From Nitrospirota bacterium (GTDB taxonomy: Bacteria > Nitrospirota > UBA9217), in the NCBI GenBank assembly GCA_963796285.1, contig CAWCKW010000012.1, forward strand, positions 256,001 to 320,000: 64,000 bases of DNA. Direction: 5' to 3'. The notes beneath the pieces were generated by a model. That model was not told where the DNA came from. It saw nothing but the letters and a program-made list of their open reading frames with translations, and made no database searches. Made by a program: the position numbers and the translations under genes. Shown here piece by piece: positions 35,375-46,122 of the stretch (within the stretch, counting starts at the first letter, position 1; every line of letters begins with the position of its first letter).

Positions 35375-36626
35375 AACCTGTCGTCGTATCGGCGGATATG
35401 CTGACGCCCTATGGCAAGGGAACGGACGCATGCTGGCAGGGTTTGCTTGCAGGGCAGAGCGCCATATCCCGGGTCAGCCGTTTCAAAACCGCGGCGTTCC
35501 ACTCGGACTATGCGGGTATCATCAGCGGCCTGCGGTATCACGAACAAACCTCCCTGGTCATGCAGATGTTGCAGTCCTTGTTCGAAGGAATAGCTGTCCC
35601 CGAAGACGCGAAACTTCTGCTGGCAACGACCAAAGGGGAGATCGACCTGCTCGAACAGAGCATGCTTGAGAACAAGGGCGATGTTGCTGACGCAGTGGCC
35701 AGCAAGCTCATCAGGAAGGTGGCCGGCCTGACCAATGCGAGGGGCGGCGGGCTGGTGCTTTCGGCAGCCTGCACGTCATCAGCAGCGGCAGCAGCGCATG
35801 CAGCTGCCATGGTCCGGAACGGTCATGCGGACTGCGTGCTTGTGGTTGCCTGCGACAGCGTTACGGAGTTCATTTTTTCCGGGTTCTCATCGCTCATGGC
35901 GTTGGACAAACAGCCTGCACGGCCCTTTGACAAGTATCAGGGCAGGCCTGAACGTGGGCGAGGCCGCGGCTTATGCACTAATTATGAGCGAAGAACGCGC
36001 AGTACGCGAGAACCGTCCTGTTCTCGGGACGATAGCAGGCTGGGGCCTGAGCGATGACGCAAACCACATGACCGGCCCATCTCGCGAGAGCGAGGGCCTG
36101 ATCCTGGCCATCACGAAAGCGCTTGTCGTCCGCTGGCATCGGTCCCGATGATGTGGGTGTTATCTCCGCGCACGGCACCGGCACCGTTTATAACGACCAG
36201 ATGGAGATGCGGGCATTTCGTACGGTCTTTCAAGATCGCGAACGTCCGGTGTATTCCATAAAGGGCGGCATCGGACATACCATGGGTGCGGCCGGACTTG
36301 TGGAGATGATCATTGCGCTCTGCGCGCTCAGGGAGCGGAAGTCGCCTCCGACAGTGAACCTGAAAGATCCTGACGACGATGCGCGGGGATGGGTCTCGGA
36401 CCATCAGCAGCCGGTCCGCGAACAGACGTTGGCCCTGGTGACGAACGCGGGTTTCAGCGGAGTGAACACGGCATTGCTGCTGGGATTGATTAATAAGTAC
36501 GGTCTCACGAAAGTAAACAACGTGAATGTTATGCTAAGAACGGTCATGATCCCGAAGATTTTATCGAGGAATCAGGTATTAAACCGTATTCTCGATTGCG
36601 AATATTCTTGCGGATTACAGCTATAA
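35371..36626 (+). CDS. Beta-ketoacyl-ACP synthase KS2 (frameshifted; true stop may be near 36500)
   Basis: SAACTSS, GEAAA, SAHGTGT, GHTMGAAG, GFSGVN. Confidence 0.85.
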
Positions 36627-36660
36627 TTGACATTCGGTTCTGGTTTGTTCAGGTTAAGGT

Positions 36661-37345
36661 ATGATGTCGATTTCGGTCCACGGCATAGGATGGCTTACGA
36701 AAGAAGGATACGGCTGTATCAGGAGCGGACTCCAGCACGCGTATGAGATGGGCGAAGGCGCCCACACCTTGCCGAAGAGGGACATTTTTTCACATCCCTT
36801 TAAAAACTTCGGACGGCTCGACACTATTTCAAAGATGACCGCGTTTGCCGTAAGTCTCGCTCTGCAGGACGGCGGCATCGAATACTCGCCGACAGACAAG
36901 CAGGACATCGGGATCGTGGGTACGAATTGCGAGGGCTCGCTCCGGTCGGATATCGAGTACTTCAGGGATTACCTCGCTGGAGGGCGCACGCTGTCGCGGG
37001 GAAACCTGTTCATCTACACGCTGCCATCCAGCCCCCTTGGTGAGGCGGCGATTCATTTCGGCCTCCTGGGTCCTGTTGCGTATGTAGCGAGTGAGAACCA
37101 CGCGCTGACGGCCGTACTCGACACGGCAGAAGAGATGATCCTTGCCGACGAGGCGCCGGCCATGCTCGCCGGCACAGTCAGAAGCGGAAGAGGCGATCTT
37201 CTTCGTCCTGGCGCGGGACCACGGTCGGGGACCGGCAGGTTCTTTGCGGCCTTGAAGAGGCACGAGCTCTTGCGGAAACGAGCCTCGATCTATCGGGGTT
37301 GATACAGAAATTCTTCCGCATCGCAGAAAGAAAGGGATAGTGTGA
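36661..37345 (+). CDS. Short KS N-terminal/chain-length-factor-like protein (3' end approximate)
   Basis: NFGRLDTISK, LFIYTLPS..GEAAIHFGLLGP; no catalytic Cys or His motifs. Confidence 0.75.
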
Positions 37346-38613
37346 AGATCAGACTCATTTATCCAAAATGGCCTAAACTTGAACGGCAGACGGAATTTCA
37401 TCTTCCTCCCCACGGTCCGATCTGTTTTGCGGCCACCGTGTCTGGCGACGACGAGCTTTTTTTCACGGACGAACATGTGGAGGACATCAACTTCGACGAG
37501 AAGGTGGATCTCATCGCGATCTCGTGCATGCTGACCTGCCAGATCACGAGAGGGTGGGAGATCGCCGATCAGTTTCGTGCACGGGGGATCCCGGTCATCT
37601 TCGGCGGTATCGGCACCATGATCCATGCGGAGGAAACCAGGCAGCATGCCGATTCGGTATTTCTCGGCGAGGCCGAAGGCCGTTTCGGTCAGGTCATCGA
37701 GGACCTGAAGAATAAGAGCCTCAAGAAAGTGTACGACTACCAGTGGAATTTCCCGAACATGAACGTCGTGGGGCCGGCGCGGAGAAACATTCTGAACCGG
37801 GAGCTTTACAACTATCGCGGGGTGCAGATGGTCGATCTTATCCACGCCTCGCGCGGCTGCCGGTTCAACTGTTTCTGCTGCTGTACGCCGTTCCTCGGCG
37901 GGCGTGAGTTCCGTCCCCGCCCCATCGATGACGTTGTTCGCGAGGTGGCGGCCATTGACAACAACCGCCTCTTCTTCGTGGACAACTCCCTGGCCCAGAA
38001 CGACCAATGGGAAAAGGACCTCTTTCGCGCGTTGATCCCCTTAAAGAAAAAATGGGTCTCTCATCCCATCAAGGACGATGACGAGATCCTGGACCTTGCG
38101 GCTGAAGCAGGCTGCTGGTACGTGTACCAGGCCATCTTCGATACGTCCGATTATATCCGGAACCGTGTGAAGCGTCTGCAGGACCGCGGCATCGGCGTCG
38201 AGGGGACGATCATCCTCGGGATGGACGAACAGGATGAGGATTACATCAAGCGGCTTGTTGATTTCCTCCTTGAGATCAAACTCGATTTGGCGGAGTTCAC
38301 CATACTGACGCCGTTTCCCCATACGCCGGTCCGCGATTTGCTCCAGAAAGAGGGCAGGATCCTGTCGAACGACTGGAACCAGTATACCGGCGGGCAGGTC
38401 GTGTACAAGCCGGCACAGATGACGCCGACAAAGCTGCAGGATCTCTATTACTATGCCTGGGACACCTTCTACAAGGAAACCAGCCAGAACCTCAGGATGG
38501 CCAAGCTTTTTTTGAAGGTCATTGAAAAGGAAAAGGCCGACGGAACGTACCGGGGGGGCAGCCTCAGGCGCAGAAAATGGCAGAAGGAAGAATCCACGGA
38601 GACGGTCCGATGA
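37342..38613 (+). CDS. B12-binding radical SAM protein 1
   Basis: B12-binding N-terminus (VIFGGIG, FLGEAEG), ASRGCRFNCFCC, FFVDNS, ILTPFPHT. Confidence 0.9.
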   Translation: MKIRLIYPKWPKLERQTEFHLPPHGPICFAATVSGDDELFFTDEHVEDINFDEKVDLIAISCMLTCQITRGWEIADQFRARGIPVIFGGIGTMIHAEETRQHADSVFLGEAEGRFGQVIEDLKNKSLKKVYDYQWNFPNMNVVGPARRNILNRELYNYRGVQMVDLIHASRGCRFNCFCCCTPFLGGREFRPRPIDDVVREVAAIDNNRLFFVDNSLAQNDQWEKDLFRALIPLKKKWVSHPIKDDDEILDLAAEAGCWYVYQAIFDTSDYIRNRVKRLQDRGIGVEGTIILGMDEQDEDYIKRLVDFLLEIKLDLAEFTILTPFPHTPVRDLLQKEGRILSNDWNQYTGGQVVYKPAQMTPTKLQDLYYYAWDTFYKETSQNLRMAKLFLKVIEKEKADGTYRGGSLRRRKWQKEESTETVR

Positions 38614-39980
38614 AAGTTTTATTGATCTCGGCCAATGTAACCCTGTCGCCCTACCCGCTCTATCCGCTGGGAGTCAGCATCATTGCAGGTGCGCTCACCA
38701 GGGCAGGCCACGAAGTCCGGCAGGCGGATTTTCTGCAGCAGAACAGCTCACTTGAGGCGATCGGCCGGGAAGCGCGTGAGTTCGGGCCTGACCTTGTCGG
38801 CATTTCAGTGCGCAATATCGACAACGTGAACCTGCTGCACGAACAGTATTACATCCAGAACGTCAAGAACATCGTGGGCGCGGTGCGGGAAGTCTCGAAG
38901 GCGAAAGTGCTCCTGGGAGGAGCGGGGTTCTCCCTCATCCCTGATCTGATCCTCAGGGAGACCGGGGCTGATTTCGGCATCATCGGCGAAGGAGAGGTCC
39001 TGGCTGTTGAGTTCGCGAACAACGCGGCAAAAGGGGTCTATCCAAAGGAAACCCTCATCAGCTCGCCGACAAAACTTCCGGGCAACCAGATCGACGCCGC
39101 CTTGTACGACGAACGGCTGCTCGAATTCTATCTTCACAGCGGCAACATCGCGTCCATTCAGACCAAACGGGGGTGCACCTATAAATGTGTGTACTGCACC
39201 TATCCGGTGCTGGAAGGCGCGGAACTCAGGAGACGCGATCCGAAAACAGTTGTGGACGACATGGTGGTTCTGCGCAATCAATACAAAACAAAGTATGTTT
39301 TCTTCGTCGATTCCGTATTCAATGATGACGACGGGGCCTACCTTGAGGTAATCAGCGAAATGGAACGACGGGACTTTTCAATGCCCTGGACCGCATTCAT
39401 AAAGCCGGGGGGCTTGACGGACGAGATCGTCGAGCGTATGAAGAAAACCGGATTCGCGGCAGCAGAGGTTGGTACCGACGCAGCCTGCGACACCACGCTT
39501 AAAAAACTGGGCAAGAGCTTCACCTTCAACGACGTCATCACGTCCAACGACCTCCTGGTACGCCACGGTATTGCGACCTCGCATTTTTTCATGTTCGGCG
39601 GCCCGGGAGAGACCGAAGAAACGGTGCAGGAGGGGATCAAGAACATTCTGAGCCTTCAGAAATGCGTGGCCTTTATTTTCATGGGCATCCGGATCCTGCC
39701 GAACACTCCCCTGGCCCGTCTGGCGATCATGGAAAAGCTGATTGCGCCCGATGACGGACTGTTGCAGCCCGTCTACTACATTTCGCCGACGGTCGATAAA
39801 AAGTGGCTCGAGGAAACGCTCACCAAGGCGTTCGCCGATGTACGTCATTGTGTGTTCCCGCCCGATGCCATGGACAACAGTCTCCAGGTGCTGCATAAGC
39901 TCGGCTACACCGGCCCCATGTGGGACCTGCTGCTTCCGAATAGAAAACTCCGGGAGAGGGCGCGAAATGCCGCAAAGTGA
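38610..39980 (+). CDS. Lipid-biosynthesis B12-binding radical SAM protein 2 (ladderane-island type)
   Basis: MKVLLISAN..SPYPLYPLG, GISVRNIDN, QTKRGCTYKCVYCTYP, FMFGGPGET; resembles the TIGR04072 family (recalled). Confidence 0.85.
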   Translation: MKVLLISANVTLSPYPLYPLGVSIIAGALTRAGHEVRQADFLQQNSSLEAIGREAREFGPDLVGISVRNIDNVNLLHEQYYIQNVKNIVGAVREVSKAKVLLGGAGFSLIPDLILRETGADFGIIGEGEVLAVEFANNAAKGVYPKETLISSPTKLPGNQIDAALYDERLLEFYLHSGNIASIQTKRGCTYKCVYCTYPVLEGAELRRRDPKTVVDDMVVLRNQYKTKYVFFVDSVFNDDDGAYLEVISEMERRDFSMPWTAFIKPGGLTDEIVERMKKTGFAAAEVGTDAACDTTLKKLGKSFTFNDVITSNDLLVRHGIATSHFFMFGGPGETEETVQEGIKNILSLQKCVAFIFMGIRILPNTPLARLAIMEKLIAPDDGLLQPVYYISPTVDKKWLEETLTKAFADVRHCVFPPDAMDNSLQVLHKLGYTGPMWDLLLPNRKLRERARNAAK

Positions 39981-41166
39981 CCCCCTCGTACAGGACCGGC
40001 TCTGGGTCGCTGTCCCCGTGTTCAACAACAAAGACACGGTGAAGCACGTAGTTGCCGAATGTCGTTCGATTGTTAAGCACGTCGTGGTAGTCGATGACGG
40101 CAGCACGGATGCTGATCTGGCGTCGCTGCTCGCGGGACTGGACGTGGTCCTTTTGAAGCACGGGAAAAATCTCGGTAAGGGCGCGGCGATCCTGACAGCG
40201 TCACGCTATATCGAAGAACGCGGCGGGACGTACATGATCACGGTGGACGCCGACGGCCAGCATGATCCCCGGGACATGGAACGGTTTTTCCCGCTGATGC
40301 TGGAGAGTGATGCGCGACTCATCGTCGGGTGCAGGGATTTTCATACGGATAACGTGCCCGCATCGAGCCGCTTTGGAAGGAAGTTCGCCAACTTCTGGCT
40401 CAAGGCCGAGACCGGATGCACGATCGATGATTGTCAGAGCGGTTTCCGCGCCTATCCTGTTCCTTACCTGAATCAACTTCGCTTCAAGGGCAGCAGGTAT
40501 GATTTCGAGGCAGAGGTGCTGGCCAAAGCAGCCTGGGCAGGGCTGGAACTCGTGATGGTGCCGATCGCCGTCCATTACCCGAAGCCCGGGGAGCGGGTAT
40601 CAAGCTTTAAACCGGTGCTGGACAATCTTCGGCTCACCCGCATCCATTCAATGCTGGTGGGCAGGCGTCTGCTTCCGTTGCCTCACAAAAAACTGGTGAA
40701 GAGAGAGCCTGGTTTCGACCTGTCCCTGCTTCGCCATCCGGGCAAGGTGCTGCGGCTGCTGCTTAAGGAGAACGCGACCCCGGAGGGGCTGGCCTTGTCC
40801 GCTGCTGTCGGCGTGTTCCTCGCCGTATTGCCGATCCTGTTCGCGCATTCGCTTGTGATCTTGTATGTCGCGCTCCGGCTGAACCTGAACAAGTTCGTGG
40901 CGCTGAATGTTCAGCATATAGCCATGCCGCCTTTTGTGCCGGCGCTCTGCATTGAAGTGGGGTACTATATGCGGCACGGCGCTTGGCTGACCGATCTTTC
41001 ATTTAAAACCGTATTCGAGCAATTTTCATCGCGGTTGTATGAATGGTTTTTGGGGTCCCTGATCATTGCACCTCTCACCGCTGTTCTGGTCGGAGGTCTC
41101 ATTTATATGTCCGCCCTCGTGATTAAACGGGTAAGGTGTCAGAATGCCGCAAAAGAAAGATGTTGA
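39967..41166 (+). CDS. GT2 glycosyltransferase fused to DUF2062
   Basis: VPVFNN, VVDDGSTD, GKGAAI, TVDADGQHDP, DCQSGFRAYP; hydrophobic C-terminal TPEGLALS domain. Confidence 0.88.
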   Translation: MPQSDPLVQDRLWVAVPVFNNKDTVKHVVAECRSIVKHVVVVDDGSTDADLASLLAGLDVVLLKHGKNLGKGAAILTASRYIEERGGTYMITVDADGQHDPRDMERFFPLMLESDARLIVGCRDFHTDNVPASSRFGRKFANFWLKAETGCTIDDCQSGFRAYPVPYLNQLRFKGSRYDFEAEVLAKAAWAGLELVMVPIAVHYPKPGERVSSFKPVLDNLRLTRIHSMLVGRRLLPLPHKKLVKREPGFDLSLLRHPGKVLRLLLKENATPEGLALSAAVGVFLAVLPILFAHSLVILYVALRLNLNKFVALNVQHIAMPPFVPALCIEVGYYMRHGAWLTDLSFKTVFEQFSSRLYEWFLGSLIIAPLTAVLVGGLIYMSALVIKRVRCQNAAKERC

Positions 41167-42046
41167 ACGAAAGAGAGGGAACAGGATCGGCTTCTGGATT
41201 TTCCGGGCAGCCGTGCGTGTCTTCGGCCTCAGGGGGGCATATGGGCTTCTCTATTTTGCCGCGCTCTATTATCTGATTGTCGATCGGGCTGTGGTTGCCG
41301 CGAGCATGGCGTATGTCAGGAGACGCTTCACCGGTCACGGCGCTCTCCGCCGCCTTCTTGACGTGTATTTGTTGTTCGTGAGCCAGGGGAAAAGCCTCAT
41401 CGACCGGTATTATGTGGCCGCAGGCGGCAGTGACATCGACCTCGAATTCATTGATGCTGAAAAAATTACCGGTTACCTTGCCGAGGGACGGAAAGGGATG
41501 ATCTTTCTGACCGCCCACGTGGGCGACTGGCAGGTCACCATGACGGCGCTCAGGAACCTCGGCCGCATCGTCCACATCATGATGCATCCCGAGGACAATG
41601 CAGCGGTGAAAGAGGCGCTGAGCGTCGACAGCGATACGGAATCGATCAGGATCATTTCCACAAACGGTGCCCTGGGCGGCGTGGTGGAAGCGTTGACGGC
41701 GATAAGCAGGGGAGAGATCGTTTCGATCATGGGAGACCGTACCTATGGGTATGCTTCGGTCGAGGCGTCGCTGCTCGGCGGGCACGTGCGGCTTCCCTAT
41801 GGTGTCTTCAGCCTCGCGGCCGCGGCTCGATGCCCTGTCGCGGTGCTGTTGTCGGCGAAGGTGGGGGTAAAAAAGCATATTACCGGCGTCGCACAAGTTA
41901 TCAACCCTCCCGCGGGCACTCGGGGCAACAACGAAGCGGAGCTCAAGGACTGTGTTCAGCAGTTCGCCCGGGCCCTCGAGGAGTATACTGTTCGCTTCCC
42001 CTACCAGTGGTTCGTCTTTCGCGACATATGGCAGGGAAATGATTGA
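41144..42046 (+). CDS. LpxL/HtrB-type lipid acyltransferase
   Basis: LTAHVGDW, IMGDR, FPYQWFVF. Confidence 0.85.
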   Translation: MPQKKDVERKRGNRIGFWIFRAAVRVFGLRGAYGLLYFAALYYLIVDRAVVAASMAYVRRRFTGHGALRRLLDVYLLFVSQGKSLIDRYYVAAGGSDIDLEFIDAEKITGYLAEGRKGMIFLTAHVGDWQVTMTALRNLGRIVHIMMHPEDNAAVKEALSVDSDTESIRIISTNGALGGVVEALTAISRGEIVSIMGDRTYGYASVEASLLGGHVRLPYGVFSLAAAARCPVAVLLSAKVGVKKHITGVAQVINPPAGTRGNNEAELKDCVQQFARALEEYTVRFPYQWFVFRDIWQGND

Positions 42047-42078
42047 TATGATCGACACTTTACGGCAAGGAGATACTA

Positions 42079-42366
42079 ATGGAGAAGAACAAGGAGCAGG
42101 AACTGGCGGCAATACGCAAGGAACTCAAGGAAATGATCGTCCGAGATCTCTCGCTCGAAGACATCAATCCGGCGGATATCAAGGATGATGAGGTCCTGTT
42201 CGGGGAAGGCCTCGGCCTGGATTCCCTCGATGCTGTCGAGATCGTGGTGCTGCTGCAGCGCAACTTCGGCATGGAAGTGAAGAATATGGACCAGGGGAAA
42301 GAGATTTTCCATTCCATCGATACGATAGCCCATTTTGTATATGAGAACAGGAAAAAAGACTCGTAA
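42079..42366 (+). CDS. Acyl carrier protein ACP2
   Basis: LFGEGLGLDSLDAVEIVV; SD AAGGAG. Confidence 0.92.
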   Translation: MEKNKEQELAAIRKELKEMIVRDLSLEDINPADIKDDEVLFGEGLGLDSLDAVEIVVLLQRNFGMEVKNMDQGKEIFHSIDTIAHFVYENRKKDS

Positions 42367-42388
42367 TGCCAGCATTACAGGCATCGTG

Positions 42389-43399
42389 ATGCATTTCATT
42401 TTAACAGTGTGGCTGTTGGCACTGTTGGCACTCATGGCTTCCTGCGGCAGCGTCAGCACCCGGGAACCCGTTATCCCGCGCGGCTCAGTCCCGCTGATCA
42501 CCTTTGTGTTCGATGACGGGAATGATACGGATTATTTGCTCGGCAGGGAGATCTTTCTTGAGCAGGGCTCTGTCGCCTGCTCGGCCATCACCACTGACTG
42601 GATCGATACCCCGGGGCATCTGACAATTGATCAGATACGGGGGCTCAGGGATGCGGGCTGGGAGATCATGAGCCACACCGTGTCGCATCCGAAGCTCACA
42701 TCGCTTGACGCCGCGCAGATCGAAGACGAGTTTGCGCGATCCAAAGCGACTCTTGAGCGCAGGGGCATACCGGTCCGTAACGTCGTGTATCCCAAGAACA
42801 TGAGCAATGAATTGGTCAGGAAGATCGCGAGGAAGTATTATCGTTCCGGCAGGGGCGGGACGTACGCGGTGAATACTGCGGACACTGATCCGTACTTTCT
42901 AAAATCCTATTCGATCAAACATGATCTCATCGGGCTTGAGCGTTCAATCGACCGTGCTTACGCAGGCGGATCATGGATCATTCTCTACCAACATGAGATC
43001 GACATCAAGGTCGGCGTATCGGGACGCAAGGGAGCTTTTATCCCCGGAGAAACACTGCATTTCAGCCCGTCGGGAGCTGTTGGAAGAACTGAAGCGCCGG
43101 CGTGGTTCCAGTATTTCGGCTCCCTGTATTTTGTCCCCCTCTCCGGAACTCCGAGGGAAGGGGACCGCATCGACGGGCAGAGCAGCGCCGCAACAGCGAG
43201 TATCGACCGTATTCTCTACGACGACCGGGCCCAGCTCCGTTCCCTGATCAAATACGTTCGAACGCAGTATCCGGAAATGCGGATCGTTACCATCGATCAG
43301 GGGTTGGATATTCTGGGAATGCCGAAGTGGGTAAAAGCGTCACAGGAATCCCCGTTGCAAGGTACTGTCAGGTCATCATCACCCGGCAGTCTTAACTGA
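42389..43399 (+). CDS. Polysaccharide deacetylase-family lipoprotein
   Basis: Lipobox LMASC, TFVFDDG, WEIMSHTVSHP, VVYP, ILYQH. Confidence 0.82.
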   Translation: MHFILTVWLLALLALMASCGSVSTREPVIPRGSVPLITFVFDDGNDTDYLLGREIFLEQGSVACSAITTDWIDTPGHLTIDQIRGLRDAGWEIMSHTVSHPKLTSLDAAQIEDEFARSKATLERRGIPVRNVVYPKNMSNELVRKIARKYYRSGRGGTYAVNTADTDPYFLKSYSIKHDLIGLERSIDRAYAGGSWIILYQHEIDIKVGVSGRKGAFIPGETLHFSPSGAVGRTEAPAWFQYFGSLYFVPLSGTPREGDRIDGQSSAATASIDRILYDDRAQLRSLIKYVRTQYPEMRIVTIDQGLDILGMPKWVKASQESPLQGTVRSSSPGSLN

Positions 43400-43413
43400 A
43401 GAATGCAGAAACT

Positions 43414-44595
43414 ATGAACGATACTTCAATGCTGATAACCGGTTTAGGCGTCATATCCGCCGCAGGCAATGGTCTTGCCGAAACGCTTCAGTCTTTCGAG
43501 CAGGGGCGAAGGAACGCGGGACCGGTGACGCTTTTCCCCACGATCTTGAAATCGCCAGTTTTTGAAGTGCGAGCGCCTCCCTGGTGAATATTATCTGGAA
43601 GGCTGGCGGACCTTGAGTCTTGCCCTTGTTGCCGTTGATCAGGCTCTCAAGGATGCGCGGCTTGCCGACCTGTCGGGATTCCGGGTAGGGGTATGCATGG
43701 GGACGACGGTAGCCAGTCAGCTGAACGCTTTGCAGTTCTATAAATCATACCGCGAGAATGGTGCGGCGCCGATGACCTCGGTGGACAGATTCTTGAAGGG
43801 CAATCTTGCCGAGTATATTGCGCGCAGGATCAACGCGCGCGGCCCGCAACTGAGCGTGGTGAACGCCTGTTCGTCAGGGACCGATGCGGTGGGAATCGCG
43901 CTGTCGTGGCTCAAGAGCGGTCTGTGCGACATCGCGATCGCCGGCGGGTCTGATGAGCTGAATCATGTGCCCTACTGCGGCTTCAACTCCCTCGGCATTG
44001 CCAATCCGGGACTCTGCGCGCCTTTTGACCGCGACCGCAAGGGACTGAACCTCGGTGAAGGCGCCGGAGTGATGGTCCTCGAGACCCGGGAAGCAGCGGG
44101 CAAACGGGGAACCTCTTCAGATCTTTTTCTCGCCGGCTATGGTTCTTCAAGTGATGCCTATCATCTGACAGCTCCCAGTCCTGAAGGGGTTGGGCTTACG
44201 GGCCGCGTTGCATGCGGCCATGGCGGAGTCAGGCATCGAGCCTCGGTTCGATCGGATTTGTCAATGCCCACGGCACCGGAACTCATGACAACGACCTGGT
44301 CGAGGGCAGGGTCCTGGCGGATATCTTCGGACCCGACCTCACCATGCTGTCCACCAAGGGGTTCACGGGACATACGCTGGGCGCCGCCGGCGGCATCGAG
44401 GCCGTATTCACGGCAGCGGGCCTCCGTGAAGGATGGATACCGGCCAGCGCGGGTTTCGAGAACAAGGACGAAGCCATCCCCATTTCACCGGTGCGGGAAA
44501 AGACCGTTATCACGAAATACTTTGCAATATCCACTTCCCTGGCCTTCGGGGGCACGAATGCCGCGATCGTGATCGGACGGGAGGCGGACGCATGA
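43414..44595 (+). CDS. Beta-ketoacyl-ACP synthase KS3 (ApeO-like; frameshifted)
   Basis: ITGLGVISAAG, NACSSG, GLNLGEGAG, NAHGTGT, GHTLGAAG, AFGGTN. Confidence 0.88.
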
Positions 44596-45662
44596 AGATC
44601 TCCGGGATCGGCGTGATCTGTTCGCATGGCCTTGGCGTCGCCTCGTTCGAGCAGGCCCTGAAAAGCGGCTGGCAGAAACCCGGGGAAACTGCGGCCCATT
44701 GGCTGGGGGGTGAAAAAGCGCCGGCATATCTCGTCAAATTTGATGCTTTGCCGGATAAGACGTTGCTCAAAAAAATCCGGCGTGCCGATGCCGTGAGCAA
44801 GATGGCCGTGCTCGCCGCGTCCGATGCCCTGTCGGACAGCGGTATAGAAGACATTGGCAGCAAAAGACTCGGGATCATCGTGGCCACGGCCTTCGGTCCC
44901 CACGTGACCACATTCGATTTTCTGGACGACATCCTTGATCACGGAGATGCCGCTGTCTCGCCGACCACGTTTTCCAATTCGGTGCATAATGCCGCAGCCT
45001 CCTACATCGCCATGGCGCTGAATATCAAGGGCCCGACGCTGACGATCACCCAGTTCAGGTTCTCGTTCCAGTCAGCGCTGCAGCTGGCGCAGGCCTGGCT
45101 CGACCAGGGGCGGTGCGACTACGTTCTTGCCGGGGCGGTGGACCAGTATGGCGACGTCCTGGGGTACGTATCCGATCATAAACTGACGACAGCGAAGGAC
45201 GGCAGGATACAACCCTTTGCGTTCAACCCCACCTGCCAGGTCCCGGGCGAGGGCGCCGCCTTCTTTCTGTTAAGCAACGGGAGTGAGGGGAATGTGTATT
45301 GCTCCGTCAACGCGGTCCACACCAATGATGACCCGGGACAGGGGATGTCCGTTGATATCAATATTATCGACGCCGACGGGATGTTGCCTGACGAGTCCGC
45401 CTACATCGCATCCCTGTCGAATGACATTCCAACGGCGGCCTATTCGCCGGTCTTCGGGAGTATGATGATCGGCAGCGCATTCAACGCGGCCGCTGGAGCG
45501 CTGATGCTGAAACAGCAAACGCGCTATGCGACTCCGGTGCAGGACAACCCACGGGGCATCCGCATGCTCACTGAGTCGGGGAGCGGCCCTCTTGAAACGA
45601 TCCGCTGTACAGGGTATAACTGTTACGCGGAAAGATCAGTGATTTACCTAACGAAGGTATGA
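44592..45662 (+). CDS. KS chain-length-factor-like protein
   Basis: IRRADAVSKM, SPTTFSNSVHNAAA; catalytic Cys position replaced (TITQFRFS). Confidence 0.82.
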   Translation: MKISGIGVICSHGLGVASFEQALKSGWQKPGETAAHWLGGEKAPAYLVKFDALPDKTLLKKIRRADAVSKMAVLAASDALSDSGIEDIGSKRLGIIVATAFGPHVTTFDFLDDILDHGDAAVSPTTFSNSVHNAAASYIAMALNIKGPTLTITQFRFSFQSALQLAQAWLDQGRCDYVLAGAVDQYGDVLGYVSDHKLTTAKDGRIQPFAFNPTCQVPGEGAAFFLLSNGSEGNVYCSVNAVHTNDDPGQGMSVDINIIDADGMLPDESAYIASLSNDIPTAAYSPVFGSMMIGSAFNAAAGALMLKQQTRYATPVQDNPRGIRMLTESGSGPLETIRCTGYNCYAERSVIYLTKV

Positions 45663-45706
45663 GTTCGGTGTTGCTTTCGTTCACGACGAGCCGAAAAAGC
45701 TTTTTA

Positions 45707-45803
45707 GCCACAGAGATCACAGAGAATACAGAGTGAAGCGAAAACGAGAAAAGTCTTCATTTCACTGCTCATGTTTCTAGCTTTTCTCTGCGCACTCTGT
45801 GGC
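45707..45803. repeat. Intergenic inverted array of 9-bp repeats
   Basis: gccacagagat cacagagaa tacagag faced by tctctgcgca ctctgtggc. Confidence 0.7.
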
Positions 45804-45860
45804 AAAATTATCCTGAAATTTTGAGAAGAAAAAACCTTTAGTCACTAACGCGTGAGGCTT

Positions 45861-46109
45861 ATGAATATGACTGTTCAGGAAATAGAAAATACGTTGATCA
45901 ACGGCATCGCCTCCATCTCGAATCAGGACGCTTCGGCCGTAGCGCCGGACAAACCGTTCCATGAACTGGGGATCGACTCGCTCGGGTTCATCGAGATCCT
46001 CGTGTTCATTGAAAAGACCTTCAAGCTTCCGCTGATAGCGTCGGACTTGACCAAAAAGGACTTCGAGACCATACATTCCCTGGCATCATATATCAGCAGC
46101 AGGTTGTAG
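45861..46109 (+). CDS. Acyl carrier protein ACP3
   Basis: ELGIDSLGFIEIL. Confidence 0.88.
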   Translation: MNMTVQEIENTLINGIASISNQDASAVAPDKPFHELGIDSLGFIEILVFIEKTFKLPLIASDLTKKDFETIHSLASYISSRL

Positions 46110-46122
46110 TCCGGAATTCGCT

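Noticed and set aside
36540-36630. Degenerate REP/MITE-like sequence between KS2 and its partner
   Set aside because: Only weak palindromic similarity and a single copy in the window; boundaries cannot be defined
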